Source: the human T2T-CHM13v2.0 reference genome, Homo sapiens. Taken from it: a DNA stretch of 64,000 nucleotides. The notes beneath the pieces were generated by a model. That model was not told the DNA's origin. It saw only the letters and a program-made list of their open reading frames with translations, and made no database searches. The stretch is from NCBI RefSeq assembly GCF_009914755.1, contig NC_060942.1; one strand, given 5' to 3'. Below, piece by piece: positions 51,080 through 64,000 of the stretch (position 1 is its first letter; each line of letters starts with the position of its first letter). The position numbers and the translations under genes were made by a program.

Positions 51080-51950
51080 GCACCAGCTCTGCCAGGGCAT
51101 TCCAGAGCTAGGAATGGGGTTTAGAACACCAAATGGTTAAATATGGTAGGAACATGTTTCTCTCAATTTAAAGGAAGTCCAGAAGTACGCAGTACGGGGC
51201 TAGGATGGTGGCTCTGCCACATCCCCAGGACTCAATCTCTTTCTACCTTTCTCTTCTGCCATTCCTAGTCACAGGGGTTCCATCTCCAAAGTGACCTTAA
51301 GATCTGAGGTGACCACTGCAACTCCAAGCCATCCTGGTAAGACACAAGAAGAAGTGAAGATGGGGAGGGCAAAATGGTCCCTATTGGCTGACTGTACCCC
51401 TCTAAAACTTCTTTCCTGGAGGCCCTTAACTTGCATGGACATTTTTGGATCATCCCTAATGCCAAGGGAGGCTAGGAAATTGTATTAGTTTGTTTTCACA
51501 CTTCTATAAAGACATACTTGAGACTGCGTAGTTTATAAACAAAGGAGGTTTAATTGACTCACAGTTCTGCACGGCGGGTGAGACCTCAGGAAACTTACAA
51601 TCATGGTGGAAGGGGAAGCAGGTATGCTGTACATGGCAGCAAGTGAGAGAGAGTGTGTGTAAGTGCAGGGAAAACTACCATTTATAAAACCATCAGATCT
51701 CATGAGAATTCACTATCACGAAAACAGCATGGAAGAAAATGCCCCCATAATCCAATCACTTCCCTCAGTCCACATGTAGTGATTACAGTTCAGGATTAGA
51801 TTTGGGTGGGTCACAGAGCCAAGCCATATCAGAAATGTTTTCTTTAATTCAATCAGCAATGTGCCTAGCTAAAAAGTTGGGATTACTATTGCTAAGGAAA
51901 AAGGGGGAATGGCTAGCTGGTTCGCAGCTAATAATGGCTACCAGAGTTGG
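51080..51950 (-). mobile_element. MLT1I/J-like LTR interrupted by THE1
   Basis: TGGTTAAATATGGTAG...GAAGTCCAGAAGTA...GGCTAGGATGGTGGCTCTGC...CAAGGGAGGCTAGGAAAT[THE1]GAAATGTTTTCTTTA. Confidence 0.6.
51481..51831 (-). mobile_element. THE1C/D-like solo LTR
   Basis: TGTATTAGT...GCCATATCA, with GGTTTAATTGACTCACAGTTC and AAAACCATCAGATCTCATGAGA. Perfect 5-bp TSD GAAAT at 51476-51480 and 51832-51836. Confidence 0.92.
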
Positions 51951-53596
51951 TGACTAATTCTGTGCCCACAGACAAGGGCTTTCTTCCTCTGAACATTGCT
52001 TTCCTGTCCATGCAAAAAAGAGGATAGATGAGGTGCTGCTTTCCTCAATAGAGCCAATCATCTTTTCTCACCTTGTTCATTGCTTCAAACTTTAGTCAAA
52101 CTTCAACTTGAGACAATTATCTTGAAGCCCTTGTCTACTCGCTCTCTTTCCCTTACTGCAGGGATTTGGGTCTTTGAAACTTTTTCGCCCTGCATAGTTT
52201 TGGTTCTATATCTATGTTCCACACTCACCTCTCTTTGGGAATTACAACTTCTCTTCCAGGTTCACCAACTGCTAGAAACACCCAGATTTTAACTTTCCAA
52301 CTCACTTCTTCCAAGAAGCTCCCCCTGGTATATGGCCACCTCCTCTGAGACCACTTCATCCCACTGTCCATTGTCAAGAGCATGTCTTTCACTCAGAGAA
52401 TCAAAACTTTTGTTGAAGACAGACCTTACACCATCTGGCCTAATGATTTGCAACTTGTTTTTCAGAGCCCTTTCTGCAAGTAAAAACATATGTGAAACCC
52501 CAACATGATGGATAAAATGAATAAAATGTAGAATGGGATGGGGCAGAGGAGCCCCAAGTCACTTCAGAACATAGTTAGAAAAGATAATATCTTGCCCTCA
52601 TTTTATGAATAAAGACATTGCTGCCCAAAGATAGAATTCAATTGTTCATGGTATATAGCTCATAATAGCAACACCTATAATAACAACAGCATTATCTAAT
52701 ACTAACCCACTGTGTGAAATACTGGTGTGAGTGTTTTATGTATATTAATTACTTTGTGATAATCCAAAGTTGCATAGGTAGTCAAGGAAAGAGCCAGGAT
52801 TTGAACGAGGCACTCTGACTCGAGAGACTGTGCCAGAAATCACTATTCAATAAGCATTTTAGCCACATGGCTGGAATAATTCTAGTCCTCTAACTCCTAG
52901 GCCAAAATTACCTTCTATGATTTGCTTTATACTAGTTTTTTAGTTATGGATTCTGGACATGTTTCTTTAAGTGTTGTTCTGTGACTCATATTTATTTTTT
53001 CACTGCATACATTAGGCATTTAATGAACACTTTTGATAAAATATTTGAATTCAGTGGGTAAGGAACAACTGCTTTTCACTTGAAACTTTGGTGAGATTTG
53101 ACTTGGCTCACAAAGGCCACTGCATAAAGGCTAAATAGAAACATCAAGCCACATCCTTAATCACCTAAATGGAAGACTACATTCCTGCCAAATCATGTCT
53201 GCAAAGAGGAAAGGCAAGCATCTTGGACAATGTTCTGTGCATAGTCATCTTTTAAGTCAAGTCCTGGCAGGGTAGAAAGTGGTTGTACCTTGTTAGCGTT
53301 CTGTACTTCTTTCTCCAGAGTGGCGGTATAGGAAGGGTGATCTGGAGACCAGGAAGGCAAGAATTGGGTGACCATTTGCAAAGCCCAATTTTTCCATGTC
53401 CACCTTTCTATCTGGACAGTTGAATTCTACAGGAGAAATCACAAATTCCCCAAATTAGTGCCTACTGTACATTCATGGTCCCTTCCTCAACTCAGGCTAT
53501 CCTTCATCATGTCCATAGTCACTCATCATCAACCCTGACAAGAAACAAGAAGTGCCGCTTCTTCTCTGTTATCAGCAACACCATCCACCCTTGTGA

Positions 53597-53909
<313 letters not shown>

Positions 53910-54107
53910 TGGTAGTCATCTTTGACTCCTCTTTCTCCCTCCACACCATCATTGAGACAGTCACTATGCCCTGCTATTCCTATCTCCTTCACCTCTCTTC
54001 AGTCTGTCCACTCCCCTCTGTTAGTCTACACTTTGTTTCGAGACAGCACCTTCCAGCCCGTTCTTGGTCTAAGGAAGCCAGAGCTTTTTAAAACAGAATC
54101 GGGTCAT

Positions 54108-54115
54108 CACACACA

Positions 54116-54153
<38 letters not shown>
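54108..54153 (+). repeat. (CA)n microsatellite, about 23 units with one interruption
   Basis: CACACACACACACATACACACACACA... read directly. Confidence 0.95.
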
Positions 54154-54154
<1 letters not shown>

Positions 54155-55478
54155 CCTTTCTTAATGGATCTCCATAATATAAGCTTTGGGATAGAGTCAA
54201 AACTCATAAAATAGAAAGCCAGGTTGTTCAGTGTCTGGCCACTGCTTTCCTCCCAGCTTCATATTTCCTCACTCGGATCCTAGATTCCCCTAAATTGTGG
54301 ATCTCTGCATACGCTGCATCCTGTCTGACTCTCTCTCTCGTCCCTACCTCTCGGTCAATACTTGGCAAATGCATGAGTGAATTTGGATGCAGGAGGAGAA
54401 GAAAGAAAAGACAGACAGAGGAAGGAGGGATAAAAGTAACAATAATAACAACAACAAAAAACTTGGACATGTGGATGGAGGAAGAAAGTTTGTCCAAAGT
54501 AGAAAAATAGGAAATAAAAACAAAACAAAATCAAACAAGAAACAAACAAAATACAATGGCCGGGGCCTCAAAGCATTGTTTATAAGATCCTGGTGGCATA
54601 TTTCTATTTTAAATTAAACTCTAGGGCATAAACTTCACTTGACTGGTCCCTAGTCAGCACTGTAGACCTCAAAATGCCACCCAGCCACCCGGTGATCCTA
54701 CAAAGCAAGGTGAGGGGTTGAAGCCTTGAGGACAGATCAGAGGAGTGGTGATTAAATCCAAGACTGAGTCTTGCTTCAACCTTGGGATTATATCAATGTA
54801 CATTTCTATGAGACAGTGTCCTCTTGCCTTCTTACTGAAGCAAGTCATTGCCTATGTTAGCCCCCTTCTTCCCTGGACCTCTCTATGACACCCTGGGAAA
54901 GGTATACTTATTGATAACTTGGCTCCATTTCTCGAGGGATTTAGGTCACTTAATATGTAATGGCCCTTAAGAGAAGCCAGTTAAATTTGGGGCTGAACTG
55001 GTAAAATATTAGTATCTGCAACGTAGCAGCCCAGAGCACAGAGAAAAGAGTGGAAAGAACACGGAACGCCTATGTCATGAGACCAAGTGCTGCTATCCCA
55101 GCACCTTGGCAAGCGCCAACTCCCAGGTCTGACCTGCTTGCTGAAAGTTTGAAGACCACCCAAAGGCACTTTAGCAATTCATGTGAGCAAAGGCCTCATG
55201 AAGCTCCGTGTGGCAACACCAGTTTCCTGGGGCCAATGCTTCATGCCTATTAATGTGATAATCTGTTTTCAAACCAGACAGTTGAAGTGAGAAAGAAGAA
55301 TGAGCAGAGATGATTCCCATTACCAAGGGCAACTTGATCCCTAATAGTAGCGGCAAATGTGAACAAACTCAATTCTTAACATACTTAATTTCATTCAGTG
55401 CTCACAACCCTCCTATGAAAGAAGTATCATCTTTATTATACAAAAGAGTGTGAAATTCAGAGAAGTAACATTTCCAAG

Positions 55479-56340
<862 letters not shown>

Positions 56341-56479
56341 GTGTATATGTGTATATATACACACACACATACTAGCTGATGACAGAGGCAGAAAGTGATT
56401 GCTGGATTTCTTGGTTCCCAATTTGGCTCTTTCCTCACTATACCCTACTGCTTCCTGGACTCTTGCAAGCATGAACCTG

Positions 56480-56790
56480 ATAGCCACAGTCATTCAACAG
56501 TTAATTCAACAACCGTGTATTGATCCCCTTCCAGGCATCAGGCACTGTGTTAGGCCAGTGAGGATACAACAGGTTCAAAACAGAAAACGTTTCTTATCCT
56601 GTGTGGGGGTCATATTCAACTGAAGAGATAGACATACAATCTTTCAGGCAGAGGGCAATACACCCTATGTCCTATGCAAAATAATAAAACAAAGCAAGGG
56701 AAACAGAGAGCAGTGGGGCAAGAGAATAGGTTTTGTTTTTCAAGGGTGGCCAGACAAGGCCTCTCTGTTGACACCTGGCTTTGAGCTTTC
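56480..56790 (-). mobile_element. L2 3' end (antisense)
   Basis: CATTCAACAG...TATTGATCCCCTTCCAGGCATCAGGCACTGTGTTAGGCCAGTGAGGATACA. Confidence 0.7.
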
Positions 56791-57839
56791 CAACGAAATC
56801 CATTTCCAACTTTGATGTATGCCCTGCTGGTACCCACAGTGCAGCAGCGGGCTGACAATGAGCACATTAGAGACAAAGAACAACCAGTAGGCATGGTGTT
56901 CCCATTGAGAAGGGAGGATTCAAAAGTAAGCCCCAAATATGCCACATCCTGCCATGGGGCAGTTTCACAAGTAGAATGGGGTGGTCACTAACTAGCTTGG
57001 CAAGCAGAGAGGATTTTTTGGTGACGGATCTGTCCCCAGCGAAAATGGCCCAATGACTCAGGAGCTTAAGGAAGCTGTCCGTGCAATCTGATTCTGCCTA
57101 TGAATGCCTTCTGAATACCTTCTATCAGAAATATAATAGCTGGAGAACTGCAGGAGGAGAGCAAGGGGAAAGCCTTTAGACAAGCTTCAAGATCTCATTG
57201 AAAATGTTTCCTTCATAGACTTAGGAGGTTATGTTTCTGGGAAAGCCACTAAAAGTAAAATAAGAGGAAGATTCTGTTCATGCCTTAGAAACAACATGGA
57301 AGTCCATTCCTGTCCAAGGACCAGAAAAAAAAACTTTAAAAATAGAAAGTGACAAATATAATCTATTTCATAACTATAATGCAATATATCTGTACATTGT
57401 GTAGTGCAAGTTTTTAAAAAAGATTTAGCAATCAAATAAATCAACAACAAAGAAAACAATTTCCCAGCTACATACTTCCCGGGAACACATTTCTGTATTT
57501 TACTACTGAAATCACCCTCAGAAGAGTTCTGTGAGGCTGAGAGCTCAAGGAGAAGCACCTGACAGGGTCAGTGCCTGAAGCTGGGAAATAAGGATGCAAA
57601 ACAGACAGGGAAGGGCAGCGAGAAGCTGCCAGACGCCCAGAGCCAAGAAGTTTTGTGCCCAGGGTGACAGGAAGCAGCCTGGTTGAATGGTGTCACTTGC
57701 CGTTTGCTGCAACACCATAAGTTCTACGGTAGATGAAATTGGCAGGAATCATGCAAGAAGCTCACACTCCCTCTGTATCTTCACCTCTCCCTCCCATCTC
57801 CACTCCTGTTCCTGGAGACTGTCAGATCTGCTCTGAAGT

Positions 57840-58330
57840 TAACCTCCATCTCAGCTCAGGATTCATCTCCTCCTGTCTCCTAATTAGGCTCCTTCTCCCT
57901 CAGCTGGTCTCTCCCTTTCAATTAGTCTTCCTCCCATTTTAAGGGAAAGAAAAAAAGAGAGAGAGAACTTTCCTTGGTCCTGCTTTCCCCTCCAAGCTGG
58001 CATTCCATCTCTCCACTTTGCTTAATTGCCAGGTTGTAAAGAAAGGTTTCTGCACTCACTGTCTCTCCTTCCTACTCTCCACCTTCTTTAACACCCACAG
58101 TCAGCTTTCTGTTCCCACAGCTCCACAGAAACTTCTCTAACTGCTGAATGTGTCAACTTGTTTAAGCCTTTAGCCTCTGCAGTTTTGTCACTGTAACCAT
58201 TACTTGGACCCAGCCCCTTAAAACTTTCACCTCATTTGGCCTGCATGACTCTGTCCCCTTGGTCTTCTCTAAAGCCTTCTCATTTTCTTCCCAGTCCCAA
58301 ACACCACCACCACCACCTTCATTTTTCACT
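57840..58330 (+). mobile_element. L2 internal fragment
   Basis: CTTCTTTAACACCCACAGTCAGCTTTCTGTTCCCACAGCTCCACAGAAACT, pyrimidine-rich L2 ORF2 region. Confidence 0.55.
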
Positions 58331-58639
58331 GGTGGAGAAGAGACGAGAATCACCAGACTCACTGGTTGTTTTGGGGTCACACACTCCTTTGAGACTCTGA
58401 TGGCAATGTTAGAGTCTCCCCAAAATGTCATTTTATTGATACATATTCACATACACACATATGTATATACATGTGTAAACATTATCTCAAAAGGTCCCTA
58501 AATTAAGAAGAGCCTCTGTCACAGAAAATAGCTGTTTTTACAAAATGTAACTATGATGTCATGTGGCTGATCCACACTACACTTAAACCATACATTTCTG
58601 GTGAGTGCTCGACATTCAGAGGTGCTATAATAGAATAAA

Positions 58640-59090
58640 ACATTTTATCAGGAGGCTGATCCCAGGATTCTCATCCAGTTTTCACACCTTAAAGGCTGTA
58701 TGATCTTGGGCAATTCACCTCTCAAAACCAAAGTTATCTCCTCTATAAAAATGGGTATTATAATTTCTTCTTTGCCTTGCGGGATTGTTGTAAAGATTAA
58801 ATAAGATCAGGAATTTGAAATACTTTGCAAACTTCTAAGTATTACAGAAATGATCACTGTCAAAATCATTGATCAATATCCTTGGAGCTGCAGTGTGTTG
58901 GGGAAGAGGGGCCAGGAGGGTGTCAACATTGGGTTTTAATCCCATCTTGGGCACCACATTGTGATTTGACCTGGGTCCATGTCCCAGTTTGTAGACTGGA
59001 GATGATCATAGGTATCTTAGCTACCTCATAGAGCTAGTCTGAGTATCAAATGAAATAATGAATGTGGAGGGACTTTGCAACTCAGCAAGA
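58640..59090 (+). mobile_element. Two tandem MIR fragments
   Basis: GCTGTATGATCTTGGGCAATTCACCTCT...TATAAAAATGGGTATTATAAT...GTAAAGATTAAATAAGAT; second core at 58890-59085. Confidence 0.65.
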
Positions 59091-59508
59091 CCAGGGCGCC
59101 TGCCATTTCTCATCCTCTTCTTTGTCTCTCTCCACGTGCATTAATTGAACTCTGTGAGCCAAACAGAGTGAGCCTGCTCTGACAAGAGTCTCACTATGCC
59201 TGACGATAGAGCATTCCTACAAAATAACTCTAGAGTCAAATTAGACTCCAGTGAGTTAATCATGGATAATATAATTATAAGAAGCCGCAAATAAATTGGT
59301 AATAATTGGCTACTTATTGTTTTTTAAAAGGGGGCATGGAGAGAAAGAATACAGTGTACAAGAAAGATTATCCTTTGTAGAAATAATCACTCCTCCTGAT
59401 CACTTGGCCTATATTGGAACCCACCCCAAGGAGTGCTGCTTTCTCTCTGGCATGCTGGGTTGCTATAAAATACTTTCTTGAAATCCTTGACTTGAAATCC
59501 TGCCCTTA

Positions 59509-59872
<364 letters not shown>

Positions 59873-60239
59873 TCAAGAAAGAGCATGGTGGTCAGAACTG
59901 TTGCACATTCCTTGTTCCCAGCCCCTTCTTTACTTCACTGCACCCAGCCAAGGCTCAGAATATAAAGGTCAGGGGCAAATGCAAACAGACCAGCAAAGTT
60001 AAAGTGGATCCGTCTCTACCTTTTCACCAGGTTCTATCTGGTTTCGGGAAGAGGTGGGATTTTCATAGCACTATGAGAAGGAAGGGATCAGCTATTGTCT
60101 TGTGAGAACAAGCCTGGTCACTGTCAGATAAGATAACATAGCAAGAAGTATTTCTCAAAAGGACCTCCTTTGCAGGGGTGAGGAAAGACAAGGGTCTGGG
60201 GCTCCACATACAAGGGCAGGAAGAGAGGAAACGGGAGAG

Positions 60240-60760
60240 AAGCTAACATTACTGAGCTAAGGACATTACCTATATTATTTCATTCAGTTCACTCAACAGT
60301 GACCTCTAGTATGTGTGTATTGTCCCGTTTTACCAGCAAAGAACCTGAGGATCAAAAAGGCTATAACTTGCCCAAGATCACACAGAGAATAATGAACAGA
60401 GAAGCCTCCAAATGCCAGACTATTTTGACTCTGGCAAACTGGCTCGCCAAAGGTGAGGATAGCCAGGAAAAGAGAGTGACTCTCTGCTTATGTCCTGTCC
60501 ATCAACACTCCCCTTATAAGGGACCTGTGATTATGATGAGGGCCACAAACTATGAGTAAGTCAGGACCAACCTGAGACTTGAATCGTCCACTTACCAGCT
60601 TTGTGGACTGAGTCCTTAAAACATATTAATAAAGTGAACATAATATTATCTCTCTGGAAAATGTGTAAGTTGCTATGTAGTTCCAGCACAATGCTTTTTG
60701 TATAAATGCTTCGTCTCCCACCTGCATTAGGCTGCATTGCCATGTAGAGAAGTGTCATTG
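60240..60760. mobile_element. MIR fragments (minus 60240-60430, plus 60550-60760)
   Basis: CTAACATTACTGAGC...AACTTGCCCAAGATCACACAG; GACTTGAATCGTCCACTTACCAGCTTTGTG. Confidence 0.6.
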
Positions 60761-61319
60761 TCTCTGTTGAACAGGGTGCAGGTGAAGGACATGTCCCTGG
60801 CAAAGATGCAGAAGAGCAAGGGCCATAGAGTTGCCGGGACACTGGGCAAGGATAAAGTTAGCTTTAGAGTACCCAGAACACAGTCAAGGTCCGATAATGA
60901 ATTACCCAGTCAGAGCAGGACTGGAAGTGACAAGGGATTCCTGAAAGGTTTCTCAACACTTTCCCCGGATCAGAGTGGTCCCAGAGTCTTGGGCAGAGCT
61001 ACATCTTCCCATGGTGGGGCAAGTGACTTCCGCTCTGGGGAAAAAATCACTCATGAAGGAGGAAGCCCACAAGTCTTGGCTAGAGCAAGAACATCATGGG
61101 ACATGAGCTCCAACCCTGATTTCTTCCTCTTATCCTTGGATGTGATATCCTGGTTTTATGGCTCTTGAGAAAAGTATAAGCTCCTAGAGGTAATGGATTC
61201 TATAGTAAATGTTATTGGATTTTTCACAGGGCTTAGAGGAGCATAGAACTCAAATAAGTGGTCCCTAAAGGCAGGATTCCGTGGCATCTGTCTGTGAGTT
61301 CCCATAGTTAACTTTTCCC

Positions 61320-61490
61320 ATAGTGACTTTAGTGTGGGGCAGAAGATGCTGGAAGACTTGTGAAACAGGCAGATTCCCAAATTCCACCCTGAGAGATACA
61401 GATATGGGAAGATTAGGGGTGGGGTTGTTAAACTCACTAGTTGTTTCCAATGCAGTTGATTCTTGGGGGGAAATCTTTGAGAAACTCTCG
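61320..61490. mobile_element. MER5-like hAT-Charlie fragment
   Basis: CTTGTGAAACAGGCAGATTCCCAAATTCCACCCTGAGAGAT...GGGGTGGGG...TTTGAGAAACTCT. Confidence 0.5.
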
Positions 61491-63079
61491 ATAGTCTATT
61501 GTTTCACATATCATCTTGAACTAAAGTTAATTGTTTAGAGATTAAGCTGCCTCCATGAGAACATAAGCTCCTCCAGGGCAGGGTCTGTGCCATCTCATCC
61601 CGGTAACCCAGAGCCTAGCAGATCACCTGGCATGCTGTAGGTGTTTGGTTGGACTCAACAGACCTGGAAGACCATAAAATGCATCTTATTCCCATAGGAA
61701 CAGTTCCATGTCTAGGATTTGTGTTGTGGACAAGGGTCACTATATCCTCATATATCATAAACATGGGCAACAATATTGCACCATGAGATGCTAGAGTGAT
61801 CAAGCTGAAAAGTACCCTAATTCATTCTTTAACATTCATAAAGCAAAGGAACAGCTCCGGACCTCTGCAATCACTGGGAATAGTAAGATTATGCTCCAAG
61901 AAACATTCTGTGACAGCGCATCTAGTCAATGTAATAAAGTTTACCTTACAGTCACTTTGTAGATAGGAGAACTGAAACATAAATAAGTTAACTGACACAT
62001 TCAATGTTGCATCATGAATCAGCACCAGACCCAGAATTCAGACCCAGGATCCTGGATTTTCTAGGTGGTGCTTCTTCCAAACCACAAGATTCTGATAAGG
62101 ACCTATGTGTCCTATGTGTCCTATTTCTGGTTTTTTTTTTTTAAGGAATGATCAATAAAATATTTTCTTTTGTAATGCTTCTACTGCTTGCAACAGGGAA
62201 ATTTATCACAAGAAGAAGGCATCATTTTAAAGTTCCATGGGCAGCTCTTTCCAGAGATGTGGTCCATGGAAAGTCTTGCCCAGAGACCCTTGGAATTCTA
62301 AGAAGGAAATAAAGTGAGAGTTAATTAAATGTGTAATTAATGTTGATTGTGGCAAGCATGCTTCTTTTAGGTCAGATTGATGCTGCAGGGGAGTGATAGT
62401 ATTTTTGATTGTTGTGTTTGTTTTTAGGATATTAGGGCCCTTGTCTAAGCCCTGGGATTTTTACTTAGAGTCAGGCTTTGAGATTAGGGAACAGGCTATG
62501 GTGGGCTTCAGGGAACAAGCTCTACAAGGGGTCTCTCCACGTTATGTACATTAACCAAAATGGGGTCATCCCATGCTCTGTGCTTACTGAGCAAGTTTCC
62601 CTTCAGCACTGCCACATCCCTCCCTAGCCAATGCTTAACAAATCACACCAACGTGACTAACTCAGTGTCTGGTTCTTATTTTTCCTCCTTCCCTTTTCTG
62701 TTTGCCATTGTAACCCTCCTGTCTTAATGCTTTTCTGCCTCTTCAGGAATTTTGACTACTCCATCAAGCTTTAGTCTCTGCAAAACACATTCCTATTAGT
62801 CAGTTCTCAGACACAATCTCCACTTTTTCACCTTATGCAAAGCTCCACGTACTCTTTCTTGGCAACTCTAGTTAAAATGCTAAATTACAGAGGTGGGCAG
62901 ACCCTATTGATAGTAGAGAGACTGGTGCCCCTCTCTTCTTGCCTACCTTTGCTAATGGCTTAAAAATAAATCTCTCCAATACCTCACCTGCTGATCTGCT
63001 GTGGCTTAATCAGCCTGGTAGATTCAGAGTAATTATCCCCATCAAAGACCGTGTTCTCATGATGCTTCCCACACCACTG

Positions 63080-63230
63080 GAAGTAGGTAAAACAGAGAGG
63101 AGTTTATCTATTTTGCAGATTCTGAACCTCAGGATCAAAGATTCAGCTGACTTACCCAAAGTTAGTAACAGAGCCCCTTCCAGAACCATCGCTTCCTGTC
63201 TCCTGGTCTAATGGTCATAAGTCCTTATTT
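63080..63230 (-). mobile_element. MIR
   Basis: CTATTTTGCAGAT...CCTCAGGATCAAAGA...TGACTTACCCAAAGTTAGTAACAGAGCC. Confidence 0.6.
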
Positions 63231-64000
63231 CTCTCTGATCTTGCTCTTGCTATGGCTAAAGTGCACTCACAAGGGTGACTGATGGGTCCTCAGTAAGATG
63301 GAAGGGAAGGAGGAGGGAATCTTTGTTTTCATCTCCTGGAATGTTCCAATAGTTCCAGCTGTGGCTACAGTTCATGACTGCAGGGATTTTTTGCTTGTTT
63401 ATTTTCTTTTGAAAGATTCTATCTAGATTCCGGCAAACTTTCCAGCAAACAGTACTTTGAGGCAGCTGGAAAAGGGAGGGCTCTTCCTTCCCTGTCATAT
63501 GTCCTTAAAATAACAACAGGGGAGGAAAGCCCACAGTGTCCCCTTAAGGTACCAAGGATAGCATAATGAATTTGCTAATCATAAACGGTTTGCTCCTGAG
63601 TTCCAAACGATATGGTAATGAATTGCCAGTGAACCATTTGCCAGACCACAGCCATATGGTAAGGGATGGGACCCTGGTACATAGTAGCCATACTGTGGGT
63701 TTGTCTGCATAACTGTTCCCATCCAGAACCTTCCCATCTCTATGGCTGCTAGTTAATATCCTGTTTAAGCTTCTGTTGTCAAAACTAATCATTTGTTTGC
63801 CTTATGTGGATAAGTCTTTCTCTTATCTGGTCAGTAATAGTGACCATTAAGAAATGAAAATGTGTTTGAATCCACATAAAAATATTTGAGTTACACATCT
63901 TGCATTACCCAGTGGATACCTGGGCCTGGCAGCACTAGCCTGTGGAAGCAACTCAATCCAGGAACTTATTAAAACCAACAAATTATCATCTTCCCCTGCA

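Noticed and set aside
60737-61168. 143-aa ORF in non-repeat sequence
   Set aside because: Non-ATG (TTG) start, no recognisable domain or flanking exon structure, and length within chance expectation.

Overview
This is primate (most likely human) non-coding genomic DNA, either intronic or intergenic. It is not prokaryotic, so there are no operons, CRISPR arrays, rRNA or tRNA genes. I found no host protein-coding exon that I can support and could not identify the locus. A large share of the window is interspersed repeat: a full-length L1PA7-like LINE-1 (31095-37653, minus strand, 15-bp TSD) nested in an older L1M/HAL1, a 5'-inverted (twin-primed) L1PA, six Alus including a near-consensus AluYc1, ERVL-MaLR/ERVL/ERV1 solo LTRs, hAT MITEs (MER20, MER94, MER96B) and many MIR/L2 relics. 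Most ORFs in the supplied track are L1/Alu translations or chance ORFs. Subfamily names come from recalled consensus sequences and need RepeatMasker/Dfam confirmation. The best second-look items are: (1) a ~135-bp element outside recognisable repeats, present twice 7.9 kb apart, with a shared hairpin/palindrome; (2) two short templated local duplications and a fold-back junction; (3) a well-formed + strand non-coding exon downstream of the L1 antisense promoter/ORF0; (4) a 258-codon ORF with a strong Kozak context in non-TE sequence; (5) candidate conserved enhancers. I do not see a demonstrable new biological system; the findings are testable hypotheses.
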